DNA of 52,775 bases from a virus (lineage: Duplodnaviria; Caudoviricetes), in the IMG/VR virus record IMGVR_UViG_3300030329_004607, positions 1 to 52,775 of that record; one strand, given 5' to 3'. A program made the translations under genes and the position numbers. Numbering within the stretch: the first letter of the stretch is position 1; the number at the start of each line of letters is the position of its first letter. Under the pieces are notes generated by a model. It had not been told where the DNA came from and did no database searches. It saw only the letters and a list, made by a program, of their open reading frames with translations. This document shows, piece by piece, positions 36,269-46,845 of this stretch.

Positions 36269-37187
36269 TTAATATATCAGATAATCCTGCTTTATCAATA
36301 TTATCTACCTTGCTTTTAAGTTTTAACCTTGCCACTTCTTCTAATACTCCAATTTTCCAGACTTTAAATTGCTCTATTGCCTTTCTATTTCTCTCTAATT
36401 GTTTATCAGATTTAACTTTCTCTTTAGCAACTTTTTGTTCCCATTCAATATATTTATCTTCAGTATCGTTACAAAGATTTTTTAATGCTTGAAGTTCATC
36501 ATTAGATTTTTTCTTTGTACTTTCTACTTTAGATTGTATGTCTCCAAGTTTCTTTTCTTCTATTAAAGCTTGATCTTTTGCATTTAACAGGCGTTGTTCA
36601 AATTTTGAAATCATCTCTTCATGCTTCTTAGCATCTTCTTCAAGCTCTTCATATCTCATTTTATATGCAGTAACCTTATTAGAATAACCATTAGAAAGAA
36701 GTTTTTCTTCGTACTTTAAATTATCTATACTTTTAAGTAATTTATCTTTATCTTCTTTAAGAGATTTAATTTCATCTTTAGATTCAGAACATTTAACTTT
36801 ATAAAGTTCAAGACCTTTTATATCTTCTTTAAGTTTAGATTCTTTTTTCTCAACTTTAAGTAAAGTTTTCTCATTAGATTTAATTTCTTTTTCAGACTTA
36901 GAAATAGAATCAAGTTTTGTTTTTAAAAGTTTATCAGCAGAATACAATCCACCATTAATCTTTTGTAATCTCTCTTCTTTAAATTCTACTTCTTCCTGAA
37001 ACTTTCTAAGTTTTTTTAATAAAGAATCTTGATCTTTATTTAAAGATTTTAACTCTTTCTCTTTATCCTTAATAGAAGATTCAATGGATTTGTTTTTAGC
37101 TTTTAATTTTTCATTAGCTTTAACAATAGCCTTATTATAGTCACTTTTCTTTAAAGATTGTTTTTTAGGCTGAAACATTTCTGCCAT
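36261..37187 (-). CDS. Long coiled-coil protein
   Basis: 308 aa of K/E heptads. Confidence 0.7.
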   Translation of the reverse strand: MAEMFQPKKQSLKKSDYNKAIVKANEKLKAKNKSIESSIKDKEKELKSLNKDQDSLLKKLRKFQEEVEFKEERLQKINGGLYSADKLLKTKLDSISKSEKEIKSNEKTLLKVEKKESKLKEDIKGLELYKVKCSESKDEIKSLKEDKDKLLKSIDNLKYEEKLLSNGYSNKVTAYKMRYEELEEDAKKHEEMISKFEQRLLNAKDQALIEEKKLGDIQSKVESTKKKSNDELQALKNLCNDTEDKYIEWEQKVAKEKVKSDKQLERNRKAIEQFKVWKIGVLEEVARLKLKSKVDNIDKAGLSDILNG

Positions 37188-37196
37188 AATTACTCC

Positions 37197-37577
37197 TTAA
37201 TGAAATGTTAATATATCTATGGTATCACCAGCAGTTGTATCATCATCATGCATTTTTATAACAACACTTGTCATTAAAATACCGCTAATTGTAAATGGTA
37301 AATTTCTACCACCATCTAAAGTTATAGCTTTATTTGATGCTGTTTCTCCATTTAGATATATTTCTATTTCATCATCATTATCTAATGTTCCATTAGTATC
37401 ATATATAACTAATTTTTTTGCTGGAAGTGCAGTTGTAGCATATGTTAATGTAACTCCAGGATCATCTATTGCATTACCACTAACATCAAGTTGTTGATAG
37501 TTATAATCATTAAATGAATCCATATTTACAGATTCTTGTACTGTCCATGCATTTCTTCCTAACTTACTTTGTGCCAT
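37197..37577 (-). CDS. Hypothetical virion protein
   Basis: 126 aa, SD AAGGAG. Confidence 0.65.
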   Translation of the reverse strand: MAQSKLGRNAWTVQESVNMDSFNDYNYQQLDVSGNAIDDPGVTLTYATTALPAKKLVIYDTNGTLDNDDEIEIYLNGETASNKAITLDGGRNLPFTISGILMTSVVIKMHDDDTTAGDTIDILTFH

Positions 37578-37619
37578 TTTATTTCTCCTTTACTCTAAGC
37601 CATGACTGGCGTGAATGAG

Positions 37620-37835
37620 TTATTTGTTTTCTTCTTCTTCTTCTGGATGCAATTGAAGTAATACTTCTAATGCTCCTTGAGCTTTAACAGCCATAGTTTT
37701 ATGGTACTGTTCTTGTCTTAAATGTTCAGTAAGTTGAGCTCTTAATGTTGTTATTGCTTCTACAGCTTTATCAAGCTTCTCATCTACTGTTATTTCTTTT
37801 TCTACTATTGTGTTGGCACTATCTTTTTTGCTCAT
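37620..37835 (-). CDS. Small coiled-coil protein, possible fibre chaperone
   Basis: KAQGALEVL motif, directly after the fibre gene. Confidence 0.55.
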   Translation of the reverse strand: MSKKDSANTIVEKEITVDEKLDKAVEAITTLRAQLTEHLRQEQYHKTMAVKAQGALEVLLQLHPEEEEENK

Positions 37836-37863
37836 TTTATGAGACTCCTTTGTTTGTTATTTA

Positions 37864-40800
37864 TTAACCATTGTTACTTCTTGACATTTCAAACCAACTA
37901 CTTCCATCAAATATCAACGTAATTGTATCGTTATCAGTATCCATTGAAAAATCTCCAGATAATTGTAAATTTCCAGTAGCATCTTTACATACAACTGTTC
38001 GAGAGCTATCTTTTGCTCTTAATACCAATATTGCTCCTGCTGAACCACCATTTATAGTTACTAAATCATCAGAGCCTGCATCACTTTCTGTGTCAACTGT
38101 ATGATAAGATTGAGTTATAGTAATAGCACCACTTGCTATTGTTAACTCTGTTCCATTTCCAATTGCTACTCTTCCAGCTACATCTAGCTCTACACCTGGG
38201 GAGGGTTCTCCAATTCCAACATTTCCATTTTTATCAATAATCATTCTTGTAGCTTGCGTTGCAGTACCATCTGATGTTTGAAACAACATCTCTGCACCAG
38301 TATAACTATCAGCAGCACCAGTTGCACCATCTTGCACTACCTTGATCCTAGCAGGATATGTCCATGTTGAATTATTTGAGCCACGCCATTGTATAGATCC
38401 TAATAAAGTATTATCTGCTGTTGCTGTAAATCCCACAGTATCTTGATTTGAACGACCAAACTGAAGTTGAAATTCATTTGAAGCATTATCAGAATACAAA
38501 TTCATATCTAATTGAGAATCACCAGCGAGCTTATTTAAAGTTAAGATGTCTGCTGTAACACTAGCAGCACCCATAGATATTTTTCCATCGCTTTGAATGG
38601 ACATACGTTCTGTACCAGTTCTTGTGCTAGTATTTGCTGCTGTATTAAAAGTTATTTCTGTTGCTGCGTTATAGGAAGAGTGTCCTCCACCTATATCAAT
38701 TCTATTTGCTGAAGAACTAGCAAATGTCTCCATCATCATAAAACCTTCAGTTTCTGTTCCAGAGTCATATTGATGTGATAAGAAAATTGCTTGTTTATTG
38801 GTATCGTCAGTTTTATTATCAGCAGATATAAATTGACCTACAAGGTCAAGTTCTTGAAGTGGATCATCAGTTTTAATACCAACTTTTCCACCAGTTTTGA
38901 TTCTTATAATTTCTGGTCTTGAACTGTCGTGCCCTCCATAAATAATAAGATCATTTGATAAAGCACTAATTAAAGGAGGAAGAGTTCCACTATTATTATC
39001 AGCAAGTTCAATTCCTCCATAAGCATCTGTTGATTCAAACCTTGCGACTTGATTCGCAGAACTTTTAACATGTAAAGGTGTGTCTGGATCATCTTCTCCA
39101 ATACCAACATTTCCACCATCTTTAATCATCAGCACAGTTCCTTCAGCATCTACATCACTTGTAGTCCCTTGAACGACCCATAAGTCTCCAACATTGGTTG
39201 CAAAGCCTACTGTTTCACCACCACTTGCCTCTTCTAATAAAAATACTTCATTGTTAGAATTGGCTTTTACGTGCAATGGCATTTTTGGGTCATCTGATCC
39301 AATACCAACATTTCCTGCATCATCGATTCTCATTGCTTCTGTTGGAGGTTCAGCAGCAGTATTACGCTTAGTAAAAAATGCTAAGTCACTTTTGCCACCA
39401 GAACCTGTATCATAAGAAACTATTGCAGAACCACCATAAGTGTCATCACTTGTACTAAAAAGCATTGCAACAGTATCATTTGTACTCCCAGTTGGGGATC
39501 GAAGAACTAAATGATAATTATCCCAATCACCTAAGTCATCTGCTGCATTCAAATCTCTTTCAATGTGTAGTAAAGCACCTGGATTGCCAGTTCCAATACC
39601 AACATCTCCATCAGCTCTAATTGTTAAGTGTTGTGCTGATGTAGTTGTTCCAGCAAATAAATTAAAGACACCAGCATAAGTACTTAAGCCACCAACAATA
39701 TTTCCATCTCTTTCCATTGTAAAATAAGAAGCAATACCATTATCAGTTGTAGATTTATTGCCCATTCTAATATTAGCAGCTACATCTAAAAATTCTGCTG
39801 GATCATCAGTTCCAATTCCAACTTTGCCATCAGAGCCTTTAACAAATAAAGCATTTGCTGCACCAACTGCTTCAACTCTAAAGTCCATATCATTGCCTTG
39901 TTCATTGAAAACTATTGTTCCATCACCAACAACTCCTTGTCCATATGAATTTATTTCAAACATATTTTTTGCAGTACCATCGTGCAATATTTCAATTGTA
40001 AGACCACCAGATTCATCTTCATTGGCAACGTGCTGACTATATCCAGCTATACTTGCATATGTGTTCATAACATTAGCAGAATCATCTCCTTTAAATCGTA
40101 TTATTCCCAATAAATCATCATCAGCTTCTGAATTGTCTCCTGTATTTTTCATAAAGTCTAATGTTCCAGCATTTATATCTGCATGTGTATTTTCAATTAA
40201 TAAAGTTGGCTTTGCTGATGTACTACTTTTTAAATGTAATAATTCAGTTGGAGCATCAGTTCCAATACCAACTTTACCTGTTGGTGTAATCATCATTTTG
40301 TTTCTTGTGTTTCCTTCATAAGCTGTAGCAAAGTACATTGAGGAAGCATCTGATGAATGGTTTGTAAATTGCATAACTATACCACCTGCAACCATAGAGT
40401 CATTTTCAAAGAAATAACCAGCATAATTATCATTTGTTGCATCAGAATTTTGAATACGTATACCTGGTATATTGCCTGGCCCACAATTTGTCCAAAGAGC
40501 TGTAGCTGTAGTATTTGAACCAGCAACATGAAGCTCTTGGTCTGGAGTTGTATCTCCAATACCAACATTTCCTCCCATAAATACACCAGGATAATTAGCA
40601 TCAGCACTTGCAACTACACTATATACTCCATAATTAGTAGTAGAGCCACTTCCAACCCCAGTTACATCAACCTTCAAGCCAGTTAAAACAGTTGTACTTC
40701 CAGCGTGATTCACAGTAGAACTACCACCTCCATCTAATGGAGTATCATCTACATCTATAAGTATTCCATGTACAGTTGCTTGTGCACTATCTGCTGTTAC

Positions 40801-41703
40801 ACCAGTTTTATTTACGTCAACATCTATTGCATATGTATTGCCAGTAGTAATAGTTGGATTATGGTCTACAAAAATTCCAGTTCCATTCGCACTTGTTTCT
40901 TCAATTGCCAATCTTCCACCTGGGCTAGTAGCTCCAATACCAACTTTTCCACTATTATCAATAAGCATTCGTGAAGTTCCTGCTGTATAAAAATAGAGAT
41001 TATCTGGGCCAGCGTGATCATATGTAATCCTACCAGCGTTAGCATCACCACTATCACCAAAATAAATATTTCCAGCACTACCAGTAGCCGAACCAATAGT
41101 TATGCCAGCATTTCCATTATTCTCAATAAAAAGGTCATCTGCTCCTGCTTCTGGAGTGACACTAGAATCTCCACTATAAATATGCAACTTACCTTCTGGG
41201 TTATTAGCTCCAATTCCAATATTACCATCAGACTTAAAGAATACTTTGCTTGAACCAGCTCTTTGAAAATCTAAATTCCCTGATGTTCCATCATTTATCA
41301 TTTCCCAATAGCTCGATGGGCTTTGGAATTTTAATACTGCATTTGCTCCAGCAGCTACTGACTCTATTTCTACCTTAACGTTAGCCGAACTTTTATAAAT
41401 ATGTAAATTTTCTTGAGGACTTGCAGTGCCAATACCAACATTACCACCATCTTGTAATGTTAATATATCAGTCCATGCAGTACCACTTGTATAGTTTGAA
41501 AAATGTAAATCATCATCACTTGCATTTACCCACAGCCTCCACTTATCAGCATTATCGTCTCCTTGATCTGCAAATAAATCAATTATTGCATCTCCACCTT
41601 CTCCTCCTACTACTTTAAGTACAGAAACATCACTGCTATATACTTTTACTGATCCAGATTTTGTGTTACTTTCGGTTGTCCATGAAGTATTCGATGAGGA
41701 CAT
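37864..41703 (-). CDS. Long tail fibre with ~12 G(N/K)VGIG..P modules
   Basis: Repeated G.VGIG...P...L(H/D)V junctions; distinct C-terminal tip domain. Confidence 0.8.
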   Translation of the reverse strand: MSSSNTSWTTESNTKSGSVKVYSSDVSVLKVVGGEGGDAIIDLFADQGDDNADKWRLWVNASDDDLHFSNYTSGTAWTDILTLQDGGNVGIGTASPQENLHIYKSSANVKVEIESVAAGANAVLKFQSPSSYWEMINDGTSGNLDFQRAGSSKVFFKSDGNIGIGANNPEGKLHIYSGDSSVTPEAGADDLFIENNGNAGITIGSATGSAGNIYFGDSGDANAGRITYDHAGPDNLYFYTAGTSRMLIDNSGKVGIGATSPGGRLAIEETSANGTGIFVDHNPTITTGNTYAIDVDVNKTGVTADSAQATVHGILIDVDDTPLDGGGSSTVNHAGSTTVLTGLKVDVTGVGSGSTTNYGVYSVVASADANYPGVFMGGNVGIGDTTPDQELHVAGSNTTATALWTNCGPGNIPGIRIQNSDATNDNYAGYFFENDSMVAGGIVMQFTNHSSDASSMYFATAYEGNTRNKMMITPTGKVGIGTDAPTELLHLKSSTSAKPTLLIENTHADINAGTLDFMKNTGDNSEADDDLLGIIRFKGDDSANVMNTYASIAGYSQHVANEDESGGLTIEILHDGTAKNMFEINSYGQGVVGDGTIVFNEQGNDMDFRVEAVGAANALFVKGSDGKVGIGTDDPAEFLDVAANIRMGNKSTTDNGIASYFTMERDGNIVGGLSTYAGVFNLFAGTTTSAQHLTIRADGDVGIGTGNPGALLHIERDLNAADDLGDWDNYHLVLRSPTGSTNDTVAMLFSTSDDTYGGSAIVSYDTGSGGKSDLAFFTKRNTAAEPPTEAMRIDDAGNVGIGSDDPKMPLHVKANSNNEVFLLEEASGGETVGFATNVGDLWVVQGTTSDVDAEGTVLMIKDGGNVGIGEDDPDTPLHVKSSANQVARFESTDAYGGIELADNNSGTLPPLISALSNDLIIYGGHDSSRPEIIRIKTGGKVGIKTDDPLQELDLVGQFISADNKTDDTNKQAIFLSHQYDSGTETEGFMMMETFASSSANRIDIGGGHSSYNAATEITFNTAANTSTRTGTERMSIQSDGKISMGAASVTADILTLNKLAGDSQLDMNLYSDNASNEFQLQFGRSNQDTVGFTATADNTLLGSIQWRGSNNSTWTYPARIKVVQDGATGAADSYTGAEMLFQTSDGTATQATRMIIDKNGNVGIGEPSPGVELDVAGRVAIGNGTELTIASGAITITQSYHTVDTESDAGSDDLVTINGGSAGAILVLRAKDSSRTVVCKDATGNLQLSGDFSMDTDNDTITLIFDGSSWFEMSRSNNG

Positions 41704-41713
41704 TAATTACTCC

Positions 41714-42343
41714 TTATAAGTTTGGGACAGATAGTCCTCTAACACCAGATTTGCGAGACCTTTGCTTCATCATTTGGTTTTCATACATCTGTCTAAAATA
41801 ATTTGCTTGCTCAAAATTTCCTTGATCTTCGTATAATCTTGCTTTTGCATAACATACTAATTGTGGATGAAGACTTGTATCAAGACCAATATCAGTATCT
41901 AAATTTTCAGTAACCGCTGTAACATCTTCATACTTTGATTTATATGTTATACGAAGACCATTATCAATAAATAAAGATGTAAATGTTCCAGTTTCATTTG
42001 TAGCTGAACTTGAAGATGATCTAGTCATTGTAAATGTATTTGCATCAGATACAGTTACACTTTGACTTGAAAGATTATCATCATTAAAATTTGTTGTACC
42101 GCTTATAGTTACTCTATCATTTGTAGCAAGACCATGTGATGCAGACGTAAAGGTGATAGTTGTACCACTACAATCTGCATCTGTTATAGTTCCACTTAAA
42201 TTACCACTATCTTGAAATGTATCATATTTCTCTGTAGTACGTTCACCAGATGTAGTTGATGTTGTATCTAAACAAAGTATTGCTAATCTTTGATCATCAT
42301 TAAACCATGCAAAATAATCATTTGGATATGTACGACTTGCCAT
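41714..42343 (-). CDS. Head-tail adaptor-like protein, C-terminal half, with inserted beta domain
   Basis: LRITY...LH..LV.YAKARLYE...A.YF...Y; insert T...HGL.T.DRVTISG. Confidence 0.55.
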   Translation of the reverse strand: MASRTYPNDYFAWFNDDQRLAILCLDTTSTTSGERTTEKYDTFQDSGNLSGTITDADCSGTTITFTSASHGLATNDRVTISGTTNFNDDNLSSQSVTVSDANTFTMTRSSSSSATNETGTFTSLFIDNGLRITYKSKYEDVTAVTENLDTDIGLDTSLHPQLVCYAKARLYEDQGNFEQANYFRQMYENQMMKQRSRKSGVRGLSVPNL

Positions 42344-42352
42344 AATTAGCTC

Positions 42353-42658
42353 CTATTTAAGTTCATCTTCAGATGCATCAGTATCAGCTCTAAGTAATTT
42401 ATGTGGATCAGTTAATTTTGGAATCATGATATATCTATCATTAGTATCCAATATTTCCACCTTCTCAACACTTAAAACTGTAGCAGGGAGATCATACCAA
42501 CGCTTCTTCTTTTCAAGATCAGTAGTTGCAGAAACAGTATATACTTGTTTCTTATTGGCTATATCCATTAAACCATCATTAAGAATTTGCAATAAATACT
42601 TTTCTGGCTGCCTACCAAAAAGTTTCTCTAGTTGACCTATAACTGTTTTAACTGTCAT
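42353..42658 (-). CDS. Head-tail adaptor-like protein, N-terminal half
   Basis: MTV..V..., L..LNDGL.DI, YDLP...L.V..VE. Confidence 0.55.
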   Translation of the reverse strand: MTVKTVIGQLEKLFGRQPEKYLLQILNDGLMDIANKKQVYTVSATTDLEKKKRWYDLPATVLSVEKVEILDTNDRYIMIPKLTDPHKLLRADTDASEDELK

Positions 42659-43155
42659 TATGCAACATCATCCAATATAGCACATATTGTGCATCTTACA
42701 GTGCCAGTTGATGTTGCAGCATGTATATCCGCAGCATCTAAACCATCTTTAAATTTTAAATTTATAGCTTCATTAGCACCTATCTCAACAACATCTCCTA
42801 CTGATGCTGCATCTCCAGCATCTAAACAAATATAAACTTTAGCTGCCGTAGATGTTGATCCATCTGTTGTTCCACTATTTTTAATAAATAAAAATTTTAC
42901 ATGATCAGCATCCTGTGTTGTACCGCCTTCTGTGAATGCTGTTCCAGCTGCTATTAAATCAGCACTTGTGCCAGTAACATCTCTTGATGCACTATATACC
43001 CATTTATCATTAGCATCTGCTTTTTCATATTCTATAACACCACCTAATGTAGTCTTTATATCATGATGCATAGCATCTACTGCATCTGCGTCTGAGTCTG
43101 CTGCTATAGTAACTACTGGGGTCATGCTTACTGCACCCCTTGCTTTATCTGCCAT
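42658..43155 (-). CDS. Hypothetical virion protein
   Basis: 165 aa, A/D/T-rich, FLFIKNSG motif. Confidence 0.6.
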   Translation of the reverse strand: MADKARGAVSMTPVVTIAADSDADAVDAMHHDIKTTLGGVIEYEKADANDKWVYSASRDVTGTSADLIAAGTAFTEGGTTQDADHVKFLFIKNSGTTDGSTSTAAKVYICLDAGDAASVGDVVEIGANEAINLKFKDGLDAADIHAATSTGTVRCTICAILDDVA

Positions 43156-43158
43156 TTT

Positions 43159-46100
43159 TTATCTCCCTTGTTGTTGTTGTTGTTGGGGTATTCCCCCACT
43201 TATTAATTGTTGTAATCCTTGCTGATAATCAGCCTTTAATTGTGAATATTGAGATTGTAACCATTGATAATCAGTTGTTTGTTTTTGCAACTTAGCTGAA
43301 AAATCACCAATCTCTGCTTGATATTTTTGTAAACTTGATGCATTAGATGCAGATACCTTCTGTACTTCAGATTGATACTTTTGAATACTTGTGTCAAATG
43401 ATGCTCTATTTTTTGTAAGTTCTTGTGTAAATATTTGAACATTAACATTTAACTCTGAACCATAAGTTCCTACTTCTGCTTGATATTTTTGCAACTTACG
43501 AGTCTCATTTGTATCACTTAATTGTGCATCTTGAATATCTTTTTGCAATTTAGCTTGATACTCTATATTAGCATCATTAAATTCGTTCAATGAATTTTGC
43601 ATGTTAGATTGATATTCTTGCAATAGACTAGAATAATCATTTTGATACTTTTGAAAGTTTTGATTCCACTCTTCATTTATCCATTCTTGTATCTTTGTAT
43701 TAACCTCAGCTTGATAAGTTTGAACCTCTGCCTGATATTTTTGCAGTTTACGAGCTTCATTAGCATCAGATAATTGAGCTTCTGTAATCTTTTCTTGTAT
43801 CGTAGCTTGATATATTACATTCTCTTTATTAAATTCATTTAATTCATTTTGCATATTAGAACCATAAATAGATATATTGTCAGATTCAGTTTTAGCCCAT
43901 GCTTGATATGAAGTATTTAATTCTAATTGATATTGAGAAAGTTTTTGAGTATACTCTTGTATATCCGTATTTACATCTGATTGATATGCTGATATTTCAG
44001 ATTGATACTTTTGAAGCTTTTGAGCATATTCTTGATTCTCTTTTTGAAGTAATAAACTTGCTTCTTGCTGTGCATCTGTTGCATCTAATTGTGCTTGTTG
44101 TTGTGCTTTTTGTGCATCTAATTGTGCTTGTTGAATAGCCTCTTGTAGTTTTACTTGATATACTGTATTAGACTCATTAAAATCATTTAAGTTATTTTGT
44201 ATATCTGAATTATATTGTGAAATACTATCAGATTCTGCTTTAGCCCATGCTTGATAAACAGTATTTAATTCTGTAGTATATCTTGATAATTTTTGTTGAT
44301 ATTCTTGAGTTTGCTTATTAACATCAGTTTGATATGATGTTAATTCAGATTGATACTTTTGCAATTTCTTAGCTTCATTAGAATCAGATAGCTGAGCTTC
44401 TTGAATTTTCTCTTGTATTGTGGCTTGATAAATTGCATTTTCTTTATTAAATTCATTTACCTCATTTTGTATATCTGCTTGATAAATTGCAATATTGTTA
44501 GATTCTGTTTGAGCCCAAGCTTGTTGTTTAAGATTTAATTCTAATTGATATTGAGATAATTTTTGTTGATATTCTTGAACTTGCTTAGAGACTTCTGCTT
44601 GATATGAAGATAATTCATTTTGATATTTTTGTAACTTTTTAGCCTCATTAGCATCTGATAATTGTGCTTCTTGAATTTTTTCTTGAACAGTTGCCTGATA
44701 AATTACATTTTCTTTATTAAACTCATTTAATTCGTTTTGTATATCTGCTTGATAAATAGATATATTATCAGATTCAGTTTTAGCCCAAGATGTATAAGAT
44801 GTGTTTAATTCTAATTGATATTGAGATAACTTTTGTCCATATTCCTGTACATCTTTATTTACATTTGCTTGATAAGCACTAAGCTCAGCTTGATATTTTT
44901 GAACTTTTCTTGCCTCTTCTTGATTATCAAATTGTGCATCTTGAATATCTTTTTGAAGCTTTGCTTGATATTCAATATTTTCTTCATTAAATTTAATTTG
45001 TTCATTTTGTATATTAGCTTGATATTCATTTAACTGCGCACTTATCTCTTGTAATTTCGCACTTGCAAGTTCAATATCTTCATTAGTATCTATATAAGTA
45101 TTAACTTGTGTAAAATCTGGCGATACAACTGGTTGAGTAAACGTAGGGGCTGTGCCTGATATTGTTACAGATGTAGTAGATAAAGATGGAGGAACTGGTG
45201 CTACATGAGATGTTGAAAATACGTCAGGATCAGTTTCAGTTAATCCGCTTGTATAATTAGCAAATGAAGTTTGAACATTTCTTACAGGCTTAGTATATGT
45301 TGGAGCAGAACCAGAAAAATCAGCAACAGTTTGTGCTGATATAGAAGGTGCTACAGGCAATACTGCCGTAATACCTATATCAGTACCAGGGTCGGTTGCT
45401 GTCAATCCGCTTGTATAATCACTAAATGCTACCTGAGAATTTCTTACAGATTTAATATATGTTGGGGCAACTCCAGAAAAATCAGCTACAACTTGAGCCG
45501 ATATTGATGGCGCAGTTGGAGGAACTACAGATATAGATAAAACTCCAGGATCACTATCGCCAAAATCTGTAAGAGTCCAATAATCATTAAATGCAACTCT
45601 ACTTGTAAGTGATGGCTTTACATATATTGGGGCTGCTCCAGTATTTGTTAAAGTAGTAGAAGAAACTGTTATAGTTCCAATTGTAGGCGTAGAAAAGCTT
45701 GGTGTAGCTGGAGCTACTGGAATTGCACTTGTAATAGATAAAGCTCCAGGATCAGCCTCATCTAAGCCACTTGTATAAGAACTAAATGCAGTTTGCGACA
45801 TTACAGGCTTCGTATATGTAGGTGCACTACTTGAAAAATCAGCTACAGTTTGTACTGATAAACTTGGAGCTACAGGAGCACTTGGTAATGATAAATCTCC
45901 TACACTTCCAAGAGTTGGAGCACTAAATACTGGTTTTACATATGTTGGAGCTGTACCTGTAATAGTTACTGATTGAGCAGATAAACTTGGTACTGAAGGC
46001 TTAACTGGTACTATAAAATCTGTTGGAGCTGACCAAGTTGGTAAAGACTCACTTATAGTCTCTATTACTGGAGCAACTATATCAGATGGCAAATCGCTTT

Positions 46101-46641
46101 GCTTTGAATTCATTTGTTGATGTAATGCTTTTGTAGCTGCATATAATACTACAAGATATTCAGCTTCATCTGGAAAATTAGCTATCGTAGATACTCCACT
46201 TGCATCTACTGTTGGATATGATATATGATGAACATATGCTACTTGAGTTGCTTCTGGATCAGGCTTAACAAATAATGTACCAGCATCAGAAGTATTACTT
46301 GCAACCCAAAAAACTGGATCGCTAGCTGTTCCATAATAATCTAATGAATCTTCATCTGTTGCAAGACCACCATATATAGCTGGTATTTCTCTACATGGAA
46401 CTTGGAATCCACCACTATTTGCAGAAAGACGTGTAACATATAATATATCACCAACAGCATCTAAATCCATTGTAGTTGCTGAATTATTCAATAAACTAAC
46501 AGTTGCACATTTAGCTTTTAATTTAGGAGGCATGACATTTATTATCTCCTTAGCCCCATCAGCCATCCATTGATCCATTGCAGTCTGATCCGTAAATCCA
46601 GTCCCAACTAAATCTTGTATTTGTGCATCATAGTTAGCCAT
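43159..46641 (-). CDS. Head-tail adaptor-like protein with a giant mirror-repeat extension
   Basis: N-terminal ~175 aa adaptor-like (DGAKEIIN...V.PDP...FPDEAE.LVVLYA), then P/T/S repeats and 90-aa coiled-coil repeats. Confidence 0.7.
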   Translation of the reverse strand: MANYDAQIQDLVGTGFTDQTAMDQWMADGAKEIINVMPPKLKAKCATVSLLNNSATTMDLDAVGDILYVTRLSANSGGFQVPCREIPAIYGGLATDEDSLDYYGTASDPVFWVASNTSDAGTLFVKPDPEATQVAYVHHISYPTVDASGVSTIANFPDEAEYLVVLYAATKALHQQMNSKQSDLPSDIVAPVIETISESLPTWSAPTDFIVPVKPSVPSLSAQSVTITGTAPTYVKPVFSAPTLGSVGDLSLPSAPVAPSLSVQTVADFSSSAPTYTKPVMSQTAFSSYTSGLDEADPGALSITSAIPVAPATPSFSTPTIGTITVSSTTLTNTGAAPIYVKPSLTSRVAFNDYWTLTDFGDSDPGVLSISVVPPTAPSISAQVVADFSGVAPTYIKSVRNSQVAFSDYTSGLTATDPGTDIGITAVLPVAPSISAQTVADFSGSAPTYTKPVRNVQTSFANYTSGLTETDPDVFSTSHVAPVPPSLSTTSVTISGTAPTFTQPVVSPDFTQVNTYIDTNEDIELASAKLQEISAQLNEYQANIQNEQIKFNEENIEYQAKLQKDIQDAQFDNQEEARKVQKYQAELSAYQANVNKDVQEYGQKLSQYQLELNTSYTSWAKTESDNISIYQADIQNELNEFNKENVIYQATVQEKIQEAQLSDANEAKKLQKYQNELSSYQAEVSKQVQEYQQKLSQYQLELNLKQQAWAQTESNNIAIYQADIQNEVNEFNKENAIYQATIQEKIQEAQLSDSNEAKKLQKYQSELTSYQTDVNKQTQEYQQKLSRYTTELNTVYQAWAKAESDSISQYNSDIQNNLNDFNESNTVYQVKLQEAIQQAQLDAQKAQQQAQLDATDAQQEASLLLQKENQEYAQKLQKYQSEISAYQSDVNTDIQEYTQKLSQYQLELNTSYQAWAKTESDNISIYGSNMQNELNEFNKENVIYQATIQEKITEAQLSDANEARKLQKYQAEVQTYQAEVNTKIQEWINEEWNQNFQKYQNDYSSLLQEYQSNMQNSLNEFNDANIEYQAKLQKDIQDAQLSDTNETRKLQKYQAEVGTYGSELNVNVQIFTQELTKNRASFDTSIQKYQSEVQKVSASNASSLQKYQAEIGDFSAKLQKQTTDYQWLQSQYSQLKADYQQGLQQLISGGIPQQQQQQGR

Positions 46642-46844
46642 TAATCATTCATCCTTTTAATAGATTCTTCTATTGTAGTTGTATTAAATTCTACTTTAGT
46701 TTGGCCAGACCAAGTATTCCTCATGTTCACATGGTTACGTGAATTGTCATGATCTTTTACATAATGACCACATTCACATTTCATATCCTGTTTTCTTTCA
46801 AATTCACCTTTTTCACCACATTTATGACAGTAAAATATTATCAT
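46641..46844 (-). CDS. Small zinc-ribbon protein
   Basis: CHKCG...CECG. Confidence 0.6.
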   Translation of the reverse strand: MIIFYCHKCGEKGEFERKQDMKCECGHYVKDHDNSRNHVNMRNTWSGQTKVEFNTTTIEESIKRMND

Positions 46845-46845
46845 T

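Noticed and set aside
43200-45100. 270-bp repeats as an assembly artefact or CRISPR-like array
   Set aside because: Copies are diverged at both synonymous and amino-acid level and stay in frame within one CDS
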